Source: Phoronis australis
Taxonomy: Eukaryota; Animalia; Phoronida
Assembly: GCA_002633005.1 (NCBI GenBank)
Contig: NMRA01000370.1
Location: 186,001-250,000 of the forward strand
Length of the DNA stretch: 64,000 nt
Reading direction: 5' to 3'
Numbering within the stretch: the stretch's first letter is position 1; every line of letters starts with the position of its first letter. The notes under the pieces were generated by a model. That model searched no databases. It was not told the DNA's origin and saw nothing but the letters and a program-made list of their open reading frames with translations. A program made the position numbers and the translations under genes. This document shows, in pieces, positions 22,321 through 34,976 of this stretch.

Positions 22321-24308
22321 TGGTGTAAATTGTTGATACCGATTGGCTCCTCTGGAAAATTTTCTTATGACGATGACGACGACTGGGTATCACTATGTGT
22401 TGCCTCGGCTCAAACAGGTATCCCTGGAGAACCGACATTTCACACTAGAATTTCTTATTCCGACAATTAGAAGAACGCCACTGACAGCACGCTAAAGTAG
22501 CACACTGACTTTACCCCATCAAATACGTCACGAGAAGCAGCGCTCAGTCCAAGCGGCTGATTTATTTAGTTTCGTTAAAGAATATCAGTTTAGTTTTTGC
22601 TATTGAATTATTTGTAAAATTAATCAACAACTCGTAGAAACTATGCAAAATATATTCAGAATAAAATACAATTCCCTTTTAAAATGTGTTTTTAAATTTT
22701 ATGTAGTGGGCTTTTAAGAGGAAATATTCCGAATAAATACCCCACTATCTGGGCACTTGACACAAGAAATTGTAACACCAAATAAACGCCAATGGGCATT
22801 TATTAGGCATAAACTTCCGAATAAACGCCCATGGGTGTTTCGTCGGGTGAGCTTTTCGACGGAAAACATCCCATTGACTGGGATTGAGTGCGGACCATAT
22901 TTGCATATAAAGTTGGGTCTAGGGGAACGCATAGATGACATTTGTTAAAAGAGAATTGTATGTTGTGGGTTTTATTGGCGTTATTAATATGCAGATAAAT
23001 CTACCAAGTGGTAGCCAACACGTGTGGGAATGTAAATAGTTGGTCTATGAATCCCACAGGGTTTGTTGTTCTGTTACTTTTCGACCCGATGGTTATCGCC
23101 AGGAACTGGACAGGAACTGACGATAACATTTGAGTGAACACTTGACATCAAGCATTAAACATCATTGGAAACGGTCTTGAATCGTTTATGGTTGCTCGGG
23201 TATTTCCTATTTTAATAAAACATCTCGACATTGTTTTTAGATAACCAGGCCTTAACACACGCACGCACACATGCACACGCTCACACGCACATGCAATACC
23301 GACAACGATATTTTTTTGCAATCAGCGTGTGGTTGTTGAAATATCTTTCTTTGGTCATCGCCTTCTCTCACTGTAATTTCTAAGTAGCTACAGGATGTTT
23401 TGGCTCATCCGGGGCATCCCGTGCATCTTTCCGTAGCCTCGAATCACCCATATGAAGTGTTTCATATCTGCGCATGTGTGAAATTGAGCCATTTCAGCAG
23501 AATTTGTTCAATAGGTGGTTTAAACCATGACTTCATCCAATCAGGTCCCAAAATTCGTAGGACGCGACGTCATTCTCAATTCTTATTCTGCCTGATGACG
23601 TATTGTTCGTCTATTATTGCGAAGATTTGACGGCGCATCCCACACCATTCTCTATTTTGAGACATACATTACTTACTATAATGATTGAAATTCGTACATG
23701 CGCAGACGTGAAACACCTCCGAGGAACAATTTGAGGCTACTAAAATACCCGAAGTGTTTCGGATGATTACGGTTGGTACGTTTTACTTTTTCCAGAACAC
23801 CCCGTGTATTTTCGTAGCTTCGGTATAAAACTTGTCTCACTATGCGCTTTATTGTAACCATTTTCTATGCAAATAAAGGACAAGAACGCTATGACGCTGC
23901 TTTGGAGGACCCAATACGCCTGTGAAGAAAGTTGTTTTCCACACCACTAGAACACGTTTTTGCTTCTGTAAAACTGAGTTTGTCAAAGTTGTTCCAACGA
24001 AAGGCACGTGTGTATATAGTTGCATGTTATTCACGGTACACGACAAGTAAAACACAAGGGACAAACCTGCTGACGGCTTAACTTAATTTCCAACCTACTG
24101 GGGAACCCAGAATAAGACCTACGTTCTGCTCCAGTCATTTTTTGTTTCTTACTTTTGAACAAAGATACTCAATTGTTTACAAAAGCAGGCGACGATTCGC
24201 TGTCATCCACGTACCATACAGTAAACATGTATCGATCGAAACCACACTGACTTAAAATACGCCGTCTGTGTTTAAAGCATTTACTTTAGCCGGCATTCGC
24301 GCCAAACT

Positions 24309-24390
24309 ATGAAGAAAAAGTTGTCGCATCTATCGCTATCTCTCGCGTTGACGCTTTGGGGTATTTTTCTAGGATTTGCCTTCCGCGCCG
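24309..24390 (+). CDS. Kringle/PAN gene exon 1: signal peptide
   Basis: MKKKLSHLSLSLALTLWGIFLGFAFRA + G|gtgagt: basic n-region, hydrophobic core, phase-1 donor matching the kringle exon; same length in copy A. Confidence 0.75.
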
Positions 24391-27300
24391 GTGAGTTGTA
24401 TGTTATTTTTGCATAATAAGTACTGACGCCTCCGAATGCTTTGAGATAGCATAACTCTTCGTCAAGCTGTGTACCCTCTCTTTTTGCTCATAATTTCCAA
24501 AATGGAGAAACTGAACAAAATTCGTTATTATATGGTCAACAGAGAATGCTTGACAATTTCATAAGTACCTGAGAGATTACGTCTTATGGTGAGAAACTAC
24601 TGATGTTAAGGAAAAACATCAGTCAAACATCTAAGTAACACAATGAATGGTTTAAGTAGTTGTACACTGTTTCAGAGGTTATGATGTTTGTGTAGGACCT
24701 TAGAAAAATGTTCCAATTTGGCTAACTTCGGAATATTGTATCTCAGATACGGCTGATCGTATTCATTTGAAACTTTCAGACAGTCTTCTTTATGCGCTGT
24801 TCTCGTAAACTCTGTCTCATATTGCTTTAAAAATGTCTACCTTTGCATGAGGATCTATAAAAAATAAATATATTAGTTGGTCATGATATTGCATGGGTGG
24901 CACACCACAGGGGGCTGGGGATATAGCCCACCCCCACTAATTCCAGTGCTGCGCCGCCCAAGTATTCGCAGCGTTGTTTTGCAAAGAACGTACCTTTGTT
25001 TTTTGCTACGTTTCACTAAAACAACATAGTAACGTGGCCCATTTGATGTCCGACTGACTGGTGTCAAAATAAAACTTAAAATGCTTTCCACTTTGAGAAA
25101 ATTTGTACTTTTACTGAGTTAAATGGATGCTTTGGTTGATTAATAAAATCCTACACACTCTTTCCCCTCCATTTTAGTTACAAACGCCATCGGACGACTT
25201 TTAGTGTCAGTAAGTTCAGTGGAAACGTTTAAGTTAAAAGCTTAAAAGCATTTTTGCATTCGCTTTTTAATTTTTGCGGGAGCACAGCCATCTAAAATAG
25301 TCCCGTAATGAGTGACAGGTGACTCATGGATGTGCACACACTATCGCCATATATAATAAGGTTACCATGGAAACCCCGTGCACTTTAAAAGAATATCAAA
25401 ATTAATAGTAAAATAAGACAAACACAAAAAGGGCTAAAAGTTATGAAATTTCTATATTTTAATGATGTCTTTGGACTGATGAAACTCATTCATCTTGTGT
25501 TCTAAACTGGTGAGTGTAGAGGAAGGATTACCTTTAAAGTAACACTGTCGGAGAGAAGGGGGACATTCAGGGAACCTGGAATTTCGCAAAGTTAGTTTTG
25601 CAAAATGTAGAAGTGTGAAGAAGTGCTACGGAGGACTCTGTAGAGAGAAAAACTGTTTGAGCACAAAACGCAACCAGTTGTGCGGCAATAGCGCATATAT
25701 CGAGTTTTCAGCCAACTTTGAGTCACTGTGCGGCGGCCTAAATGTGAAATATATATAGGCGAACAACAACCGAATGAAGTATTTAGGTTTTTTGCTTGAG
25801 GTCTAGAAGTTGACGCAGACTATACATGTAGGTCAATTTGTATTCTGAAAAAATGACGAAGTTTCCATTGGAAATGCATTGGTGTTTTTTGGCAAACTTT
25901 GCATCACTGTTTTCTGTTGTTGGTAATTTTCCATTACAATTTATAAGAGTAAACAGATCGCTCTTGTTGACAACGATCCTTTCGGTGGGTGGCAGACAGA
26001 ATAAAGTTGTGATGCGACTTTGGAACAACTCATCAGTGAATACAGGGGTCTGACACAATTTTAATTTACCTTTAGTTTTATGTAACTTTGTTGATTTCTA
26101 TTTTGATATTTGCCAGCTGTAAATCAGCAAACTAAAGTGGGGCTCCCACAATAGTTTTTTTCTAGAATTTGAGTCATTCAAAATTTTGGCATTTACACAT
26201 TTTTTTTTACAGAGACAAAATCGATTTCACCGCCGAAAACTCAGTTTTGAATTACTCTTGTATAGAATAAATTTCTTAGCTTTGACAAGATCTATAAAAC
26301 AACAAAATCCGTTGTATTTTTGTGATGTTATCACAAATCGCCAATTCTCGTCGTTATCAGCCAGACATTTCGAAGGCGCTGAAATCAAAGCTTGAGTCTT
26401 TACCATACGATTAATTAAATTACTCGGCTATTCAACGCCTGAGATTTATGTCAGTCGTAGAGCATTTGACTCCTACTGCAGAGCTAGTGAGTTTTATTCG
26501 GCGCGACTGCTAATTTCTGTAATCTTTCGTGTCTAATATAATTCGACGAAATTGTTCGTAAAATTCCGTATTACTTTATCGCATACATTGCAACTATATA
26601 ATTTTATATACACTATAATGTCCACTCTGAATACCGCGTATTTATAAATTTCCCTGAGTAGGTGAACGTTAAATGCGCATGCAAAGTACATTCGTACGGA
26701 AATTCATTCTCCAACGTTGATCGAACATAGGAGGAGAAATTGGAGGCTACGAAAATACAAGAGATGTTCCGAATGAATAAGGTCGTAGAGATGACGAGTA
26801 TTGTATCTAATAAGCGCTCTGGTGGTTGCGACCTATTTAGTTTTGCTGCTATTTTCGCTTTTCATGAGAAAGCGCTTCAATTTCAGAACCACGATTGTCG
26901 CACTGCGTTTCATAAGATGGCGATTATCATTGTTGTTAAGATTGGGAAAAGTTTACTTGGTATGAGTAAATTAAGAAAAGCAATTTCTTCTTTTTTAAAT
27001 TCAAATTGATCGTTTTATCAAGAACGTAACTCACACATAATGTCTGACGTCATGACGAAATTTGGTGACGCAACGTGTTTACTTGAAGCGGTTAAAAACC
27101 TGCTTTCTGTCACATGAAAACGAGTTTTGAGCTACAACACATTCTGTTATGAATTTGGTCTCAAGTTTTACCTTAGTGAAATTGGAGGTAATTCCAGGAC
27201 TTCGATAGAGCTGGCAGTTCATTGTTGCATAAGACCAGGATGTACAAGTTGACTTTTCACACAGCGTGCCGTTTTATGCTACGATCTTTGTCTCAGGACC

Positions 27301-28846
27301 TGAATAGTTTTCTTTGCAAAGCCAGAAATGACTTCTCATCATATAAGTAAGCAACAAGTTGAGATCAATTTTATGGCTATTAGCGATCTAAATCAAAATC
27401 TCGGTTCTTGGACGGAACGCGGAGTTTATAGCCCGCCTTTTTATTGTTATAAAAACAAAAACTCAACGAAAAATCTCCCTTTTTCAATATAAGTAGCCTG
27501 TTAATTGAATTTCCTAACAATAGTGAAATGTTTGATATTAGTCAATGTCGTACGACTTGTTTAAGTTTTGGGGGGATAGTGCCGAACCCCCTAAAGCCCG
27601 AAGCGAGTGGCTAAACTCGTTGAAAATATGAACTGCTTCAAGGAAAGTCCTTGCCGGTTGCTTTCACTCCGTCTGAAAACATCTGAAAAAATAAGTAACT
27701 TGTATAAAGCACACTCCATGGTGTTTCTTAGATAAAGAAATTCAACAAAGCCACACGTTTTTTCATTGCTGTGTCTAAAATGAAACAAATCCAAATGCCA
27801 AAAATGTTCCAATTTTTTGCGTTTTTATTTTCTTCCCAAACTACACCAGTCGCAAAGCGGAGACAAGATTCTAAATCCTATTGCCAAAATGTCCCCAATG
27901 TCCATTTTGTCTAAAGTTAAGCAGGACGAGAAAATGTTGCGAAAAAGCATATCACACAAGATCTCGAAGTCATGCCAGTGTGCTCGAGACCTTAGCAACG
28001 TAACCTAGCAACATGGCAGCCACTGAAGTGATTGGACGGTGAGGTTGGAATGTTGAATTACGGGTCCGTTCCGACGTTCCACCCGGTCTCAGCATTCTCC
28101 AATCTCAGTGATATCCAGCGGACGTTCCCGCTTTCCCCTGCCTCATATGTTTCCCGGTACCGCTATTTCTCAGGCAGATATTCTGCGTCGTGATATTACT
28201 ACGGCCCTATGTTCCCCCGTTCTAATGTAGCCCGACTCGATTAATTCAGAGTTAGTCTATGTAAAAACCAGTAGATTTTAAACGATCAGTCTATACGTCA
28301 AAATTCAAAAAGAACTTCATGTTTTGTACATGGATATGCATCCTAACAAAAATCTAAATCCACATGCAATGTGGCTGCTACGGAGTGCCAAAGTTGGCCG
28401 AAAATAGCTTCAGTGAAAACCTTCAAAATAACCTTTTTTGTCACACAAAATGAGTTTTGAAAGTTGTGCCATTAAATTATTCAATTACAAGCTTTTCAAA
28501 CAGTGCCACTCATTTGTTATCAGCTCACTGTACATGATAGTAAAATGCATTCAAACTTGCCTACTTCGGTGACCAATTTTGTTGCAAAATGGAGCTACAG
28601 GTCATAAAGAGAAATAACGGATGAAAACACTTAAAAAGCGAAATTTTCTACTTCTCAGCAAACCAAAATTAAGTTCTATTACTCAAAAATCTGTGGTTCT
28701 GGATATAGTCTCTACCTTTGGTTTTATATGGAGCCAATCTTAATTTCATCGCCCCATCAGTCGAAAACATGCCGATCTAACGAGTGAACTGTGTCGAATG
28801 TAAAACAAACAATGTTATAATCGACTTTCTTTGACAATTATTACAG

Positions 28847-29083
28847 AAGGCCGTGAATGTAAGTTCCTTGCGTCCGGCGAGGATTACAATGGAACCATGT
28901 CAGTCACAAGGTCGGGAAAGACGTGTCAGAGATGGGATGCACAGACTCCTCACACTCATTCTGAACGTAATGCGGACACAATTGAAAACTACTGCAGGAA
29001 CCCAGACGGGGAACCTTCGCCCTGGTGTTACACAACTGACCCTTCCGTGAGATGGCAATATTGTCCAGTACCATTTTGTTCCG
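28847..29083 (+). CDS. Kringle exon K1
   Basis: ttacag|..[66 protein letters not shown]|gtgagt; 6 Cys, 237 nt, phase 1-1. Confidence 0.93.
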
Positions 29084-29602
29084 GTGAGTGAATAATGTGT
29101 AATCAATAATGAATCTTTGCTTGTCCAGAAAACGGCGCCATATTCTCCAACTGGATATATGATATCCTTTCATTTCATCTTCAGGAGACAGTTTTATCAA
29201 AGGTTGGTGGTAGGCTACAGTTTTATAGCTGACACAGTCGAAACTTTGAAGTTAATTTACACAGTGTACACCAACGTGGCTCCTGCAGACAGTGGTCGTT
29301 CTTCAGATACAACGTTTGGCACTCATAAAAAGCGCAACATCAAGTAGGCATTACCGACGTGCTTACGATCGTCATAGTTACGACCAGACTTACCCGTTGC
29401 GTGTAACTTATCGGTATCTTTTTGCAATCAAGCGGCGATCATGTTTTTAGAATGGAGTAGCCTAGCGTGCAAGAATTCGTTACTGTTAGTAAGTGCAGTG
29501 CTGAAAATTATTGTAAACCAACCGTTCCTAAGACCAGTGTGCGGTGGTGACGTCGTAAGATAATTTCTAAAATCTATTTCCATCAACCTTTAACCCGTTC
29601 AT

Positions 29603-29815
29603 TCTGACACGACGTTTCGGTTGGTCATTTCTCCTGCCATCTCCAGTGTGTCAGACTGAGAACAGAGAGATCCCATTTTCAAATCCTGTTGTACTCCATG
29701 TGCCAATTTTTTACTGCGAAGAATGTACCAGATACCTGTGCATGAACCTATAAAATCGCTGTAAGCCTGCAACATCTGAAAATGGTTGGATAAATGACAA
29801 ACCGAGAGGTGGTGC
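29603..29815. ncRNA. Degenerate hammerhead-like pair in the K1-K2 intron
   Basis: Minus strand: TCTGACAC-A-CTGGAGA-T-GGCAGG..CCAACC-GAAACGTC-GTGTCAGA (8-bp stem I, GUC triplet). Plus-strand relic CTGAAAATGGTTGG..CAAACCGAGA near 29776. Confidence 0.45.
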
Positions 29816-29891
29816 CAATCTATAATAGGCTAGGATTTGTGTAAATTGAGCAATAGATTTTAGAAATGAAATATGTGTGATGTTTTTACAG

Positions 29892-30131
29892 GCCATCAAG
29901 ATTGTAAGAACGATAGTTGGGGATATTCCTACAACGGAACAATCAATATAACCATATCAGGCATACCATGTCAGCGGTGGGATATGCAACTCCCACACAC
30001 ACACGACAGTTTCGAAGGAGTACATGAAAACTTCTGCCGAAATGTGGGGACAATCAATGCACAATCTCCATGGTGCTACACAACAAATTCCTCCGTCAGG
30101 TGGCAATACTGTCCGGTTCCGTTATGCTCGG
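29892..30131 (+). CDS. Kringle exon K2 (divergent)
   Basis: ttacag|..[63 protein letters not shown]|gtaag; 240 nt, phase 1-1. Confidence 0.93.
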
Positions 30132-30298
30132 GTAAGCACACGGTTTTCAATACAGGTGAAATTTCTACACGCCAGAATATTCCTCAGATATAGAAATCTA
30201 ACTGACTTACGTCCACATATCCGCCTCTACGTGAAACTTCGTCTATATACAGAATAGGAAATGCACGTTACATGGGATGTTACTTGATCATCTCTTAA

Positions 30299-31637
30299 AG
30301 CCGAAGGCAACCTTTTTCCATGTCATTTTGAGCTAAAATAAGGTTGGTTGGTTATCCTAGACCTATTTTCCACTTAATTACAGCTTTTCGTAATTTTGTT
30401 AATTACTCGTCCGCTACTCCGGAAGTGACGTTTTAGGAGGCAAGCATTTCGCGCCAATTTCTTTTCATATAGTCTGACTGTGAGAGCTGCCGACTCAGTC
30501 ATTGTTCTACCTCGGTTGTNNNNNNNNNNNNNNNNNNNNNNNNNNNNNNNNNNNNNNNNNNNNNNNNNNNNNNNNNNNNNNNNNNNNNNNNNNNNNNNNN
30601 NNNNNNNNNNNNNNNNNNNNNNNNNNNNNNNNNNNNNNNNNNNNNNNNNNNNNNNNNNNNNNNNNNNNNNNNNNNNNNNNNNNNNNNNNNNNNNNNNNNN
30701 NNNNNNNNNNNNNNNNNNNNNNNNNNNNNNNNNNNNNNNNNNNNNNNNNNNNNNNNNNNNNNNNNNNNNNNNNNNNNNNNNNNNNNNNNNNNNNNNNNNN
30801 NNNNNNNNNNNNNNNNNNNNNNNNNNNNNNNNNNNNNNNNNNNNNNNNNNNNNNNNNNNNNNNNNNNNNNNNNNNNNNNNNNNNNNNNNNNNNNNNNNNN
30901 NNNNNNNNNNNNNNNNNNNNNNNNNNNNNNNNNNNNNNNNNNNNNNNNNNNNNNNNNNNNNNNNNNNNNNNNNNNNNNNNNNNNNNNNNNNNNNNNNNNN
31001 NNNNNNNNNNNNNNNNNNNNNNNNNNNNNNNNNNNNNNNNNNNNNNNNNNNNNNNNNNNNNNNNNNNNNNNNNNNNNNNNNNNNNNNNNNNNNNNNNNNN
31101 NNNNNNNNNNNNNNNNNNNNNNNNNNNNNNNNNNNNNNNNNNNNNNNNNNNNNNNNNNNNNNNNNNNNNNNNNNNNNNNNNNNNNNNNNNNNNNNNNNNN
31201 NNNNNNNNNNNNNNNNNNNNNNNNNNNNNNNNNNNNNNNNNNNNNNNNNNNNNNNNNNNNNNNNNNNNNNNNNNNNNNNNNNNNNNNNNNNNNNNNNNNN
31301 NNNNNNNNNNNNNNNNNNNNNNNNNNNNNNNNNNNNNNNNNNNNNNNNNNNNNNNNNNNNNNNNNNNNNNNNNNNNNNNNNNNNNNNNNNNNNNNNNNNN
31401 NNNGACAATTGTTGAAAAACAGCACAAAACAAAAGTAGAACAGAACAGATTCGCACGGTAAACTCAACGCAAAACCAAGTGGCGGGAAACGCTTGCCTCC
31501 TAAAACGTCACTTCCGGAGTAGCGGACGAGTAATTAATAAAATTACGAAAAGCTGTAATTAAGTGGAAAATATGTCTAGGATAACCAGCCAACCTTATTT
31601 TAGCTCAAAATGACATGAAAAAAGGTTGCCTTCGCCT
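30299..31637. mobile_element. Long-TIR DNA element with TTAA TSD (Kolobok-like), spanning the assembly gap 30520-31403
   Basis: About 160-bp inverted repeats TTAA|AGCCGAAGGCAACC.. / ..GGTTGCCTTCGCCT|TTAA; AG..CT termini. Confidence 0.8.
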
Positions 31638-32730
31638 TTAAGCAATGTCCATTTAAACGTGTATCACTGATAAAGTGTAAAGGAAATCACGCGAAGTAAT
31701 GCTAAATGTTTTGTTTTTTTAGAAATAAGTGCGCCTTTTTGTCACCATTCCTGTGCACGAAAGCTCAGACAATTAAGGGGCACCATTCTAGCCTCCAACA
31801 AGTTCAGAAAGTTAATGCTAATTCTGAATTTTAACTTAAATCTAATTTTGAACTTATTCTAACAAGCAGAAAGAACATCGGGACAGGGCACTATCTAACT
31901 GGAACAAAATAGAGCAGAAGGAAAATCAGGACAGGGAAACTTCAGGATCGGGGACGAACAATACAGGGAACATAACGCCAGGGAACAACAGGACGGTGTA
32001 CCATAAGTTGGGGATCAGTGGAAAGCGGGAACGTAGGAACCGGGGATGATAGGGACGTTCACAAAATGTGTAGCGTAGTTAAAGAGCATTGACCTTTGCT
32101 TTTTATAAATCAAAAAATTTAGATAACAAAGTCAAGGTAGACTGTTATTTGCTAAAAGTTCATTTTAATGTTATCTGTCGACTGATGACTTACCTGATCA
32201 ACATGTAGCCAAATTTAGAATTAGTGAATTCATTTCAATAAAATATATATTTTCTACAAATAGAAAATGCCTAGAATTTGATTTCGGACCGGGTACTAAA
32301 CTACTATTGACATCATTTCGTCGTCATGACTTTTTTCTTAAAGTTATTAAAAAAGAAAGATAATTTATATCAAAATAACGTTATAAACAACAAAACCATT
32401 TTTTTGATAAAATTATTCATGCCAATCTGTCGGAAACGCTGTCGTAGTTTACTAAATTACTTTTTTCGATTTTGTTTGATGCAGCTTTGTATAGACCTTC
32501 TTTCAATAAAAATGGTAAAAAGGTCAACTTTCAACCAGTGTTTGATGAGAAATGATATATTAAAAAGATGTAAAAGTTTGTGGGAGAATAGTGCATAAAT
32601 CATGTCTGTTTCGAGGAAACGATGCTGCAATTTTTTTTTTAATTTGGGAGGCTCACATTGCGCTACTTGTCTATTTGTCATACGAGTCAACAATACCGTA
32701 ATCAACGTCCTTCGATAACAGTTATTACAG

Positions 32731-32967
32731 ACGGCCGTGAATGTAAGTTCCTCGCGTCCGGCGAGGATTACAATGGAACCATGTCAGTCACAATGTCGGG
32801 AAGGACGTGTCAGAGATGGGATGCACAGACTCCTCACACTCATTTTGAACGTAATGAGGACACAATTGAAAACTACTGCAGGAACCCAGACGGGGAACCG
32901 TCGCCCTGGTGTTACACAACTGACCCTTCCGTGAGATGGCAATATTGTCCAGTACCATTTTGTTCCG
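32731..32967 (+). CDS. Kringle exon K3 (near-identical to K1)
   Basis: ttacag|..[42 protein letters not shown]|gtgagt; 237 nt, phase 1-1. Confidence 0.93.
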
Positions 32968-33512
32968 GTGAGTGACTAATGCGTAGTCGATAATGAATCT
33001 TTGTTTGTCCAGAAAACGACATCACATCCTTTACCCAGTCATGACGCCCTCTCATCTTATCTTCAGGAGACCATTATATTAAAAGTGTTAAGTTCAGTTT
33101 TATAGGTAAAGCGATGGATACCTGGATTTTAATTTATACATTGTCCATCAACGTGGCTTCTGGAGACATCAGTCGGTTTAACTAGGAATTTTGAACATGT
33201 AAAATTAGTAACTTCAGACACAACGTTTCGCACTTTTAACAAAACGCAGCTTCAGTTGTCCATGAATGTGCTTACGATCGTCAAAGCTACGAACAGACTG
33301 AGAAACTGTCCTAACTCAATGCTATCTCATGCACTTATGTATGTAAAGCCTGGTGACCAACCAGTGGTGTAGATGTGGACGTATTTGTTGCTGTCCTTAA
33401 TTGCAATGCTGAAAATAATTAAAAAGAAAAACTTTCTCAATTTTGTTTGAGGTGGTGACGTTGTAAAATGATTTCTAAAACCTATTTCCACCAAGCTTCA
33501 GCCTCTTGATTT

Positions 33513-33733
33513 TGACACGAAGTTTCGGTCAGTCATTTTTCCCGACATCTTCAGGGTTACCGAGTGCCACACCGAGAACCGAAACGTCCATTCCCAGCTT
33601 CAAATCCCACAGTGGTCCATGAAAATGGTGCTAATCCGATGGGGGTACCAGACACTCTTGCATGTACGTTTAAAAACGCTGAAAGCCAGCAACACCTGAA
33701 GATGGCCGGATACATGACCAACCGAAATGTGAA
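33513..33733. ncRNA. Degenerate hammerhead-like pair in the K3-PAN intron
   Basis: Minus: CTGAAGA-TGTCGG..CTGACC-GAAACTTC. Plus: CTGAAGA-TGGCCGG..CCAACC-GAAATG. Confidence 0.45.
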
Positions 33734-33810
33734 GCTAATCTAAATAGACTAGTATTTGTGTATATAGATCATTAGATTTTAGAAATAAAAATATCTGTGA
33801 TGTTTTGCAG

Positions 33811-34085
33811 GCTATCAAGATTCTAAGAAAGATTGCCAGACATCCTCTGTGACAGCCGCTTACAGCGCACCGGAATATTTGAACCTGGAGCAAGTTAGAA
33901 CATACGCACGTGTTGATGAGTACTTCGTGTCTGTAAGCAGCAAGAAGAAAGTACAGATGATAGACTTTAAATATGTCCGAAGCATGGTTCATTGTTTGAA
34001 CTATTGTAAACGAAACCCTTGCTGCCCCGTTGTTCAGTTTTCAGAAAGTACCAACGTGTGCATCACTTATCATTTCATGGAGTAA
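33811..34085 (+). CDS. Terminal exon encoding a PAN/apple-like domain
   Basis: ttttgcag| phase 1, open to TAA; VRSMVHCLNYCKRNPCCPVVQFSESTNVCITY fits the PAN core S-x3-C-x3-C-x5-C-x4-F-x6-C. Confidence 0.7.
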
Positions 34086-34707
34086 AGGTCGACAGTTGAG
34101 GAATTCATTTCTATCTTTTCCAAACGACCGCCTACTGCGAGTGCAGGCGAGTAGCTCGAAGCTATCTTGTCGAGGAGTAAACCACAGGTAAAGGTTGTGC
34201 TCACGATTGCAATGAGCCATTCATACTGACAAATTTGTTGTCTACACCGATCAAGCTTCAAAATGATGAATTTTTAATGGTCACCGAAGGTGATTGACAA
34301 TGCACTTCAAATTTGCTCATCTCGTCAGCAGGCTGCGATTATTCGCTAACCGGGCATGAGTTCCGTACAACCGAGGGTATCACGAAAACGCAAGATCATG
34401 AGAGAGATATCGCTATGTGTTAAGTGAAGCACGGGATCGCACTGGCTTCCTTTGCGAGATTCTTGCGCCAACGGAACTCGCGACCAAGGTAAATGGTCTC
34501 CAACAAGTGAGACATTCGCTTCACCCCCAAGAGAGGCGAGATTTCCTAGTTCATTGTGTCGCTGATGTGAACTATGAGCTGAAACAATTCGCCTTCGAGG
34601 CACGTAGCTTGTCATCTGGGCTTGCATGCTCTTACAATTACCACGCCGCTCGATTTGAACACATCAAAAATCAATATTCAACTACTTGTTCTTCCTTCTA
34701 AGGAATA

Positions 34708-34976
34708 AGAGGGGCGGATCCAGGNAATAACCAGAATTAATTTCGGCAGACGCGCGCGCCGAGACTATAATGTAGGGATGCAGGGGCTCGAATTTTTTTG
34801 GTTTGCAGACCTTTTGATTAAAAAAAGGTAAACAGAGTTGTTCAGGACCTATCCATCCCCCGAGCCCCCCTGGTTGCGCGCATGTGCTAGTCGCAATTCG
34901 CACCCGAACTGCCAAATTGTATCTGGTAGAATTTTAGGGGGGCCATGGCCCCCTTGGTCCCTCCTAAATCCGCCGC
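34708..34976. mobile_element. Nested fragments of GGCGGATCC/AATCCGCC-type and CATGCGCGC-type MITEs
   Basis: AGGGGCGGATCCAGG .. CCTAAATCCGCCGCT ends; internal CCCCGAGCCCCCCTGGTTGCGCGCATG resembles the end of 10497-10686. Confidence 0.55.

Larger units (their letters stand above)
22862..34190 (+). repeat. Segmental duplication copy B
   Basis: Paralogous to 7723-16610, with extra kringle exons. Confidence 0.85.

Noticed and set aside
30374-31467. Five ORFs of 300-360 aa
   Set aside because: Artefacts of the N gap 30520-31403.
34346-34701. Overlapping ~94-aa ORFs downstream of the PAN exon, as a possible protease exon
   Set aside because: No trypsin motifs (TAAHC, GDSGGP) and no convincing splice sites.
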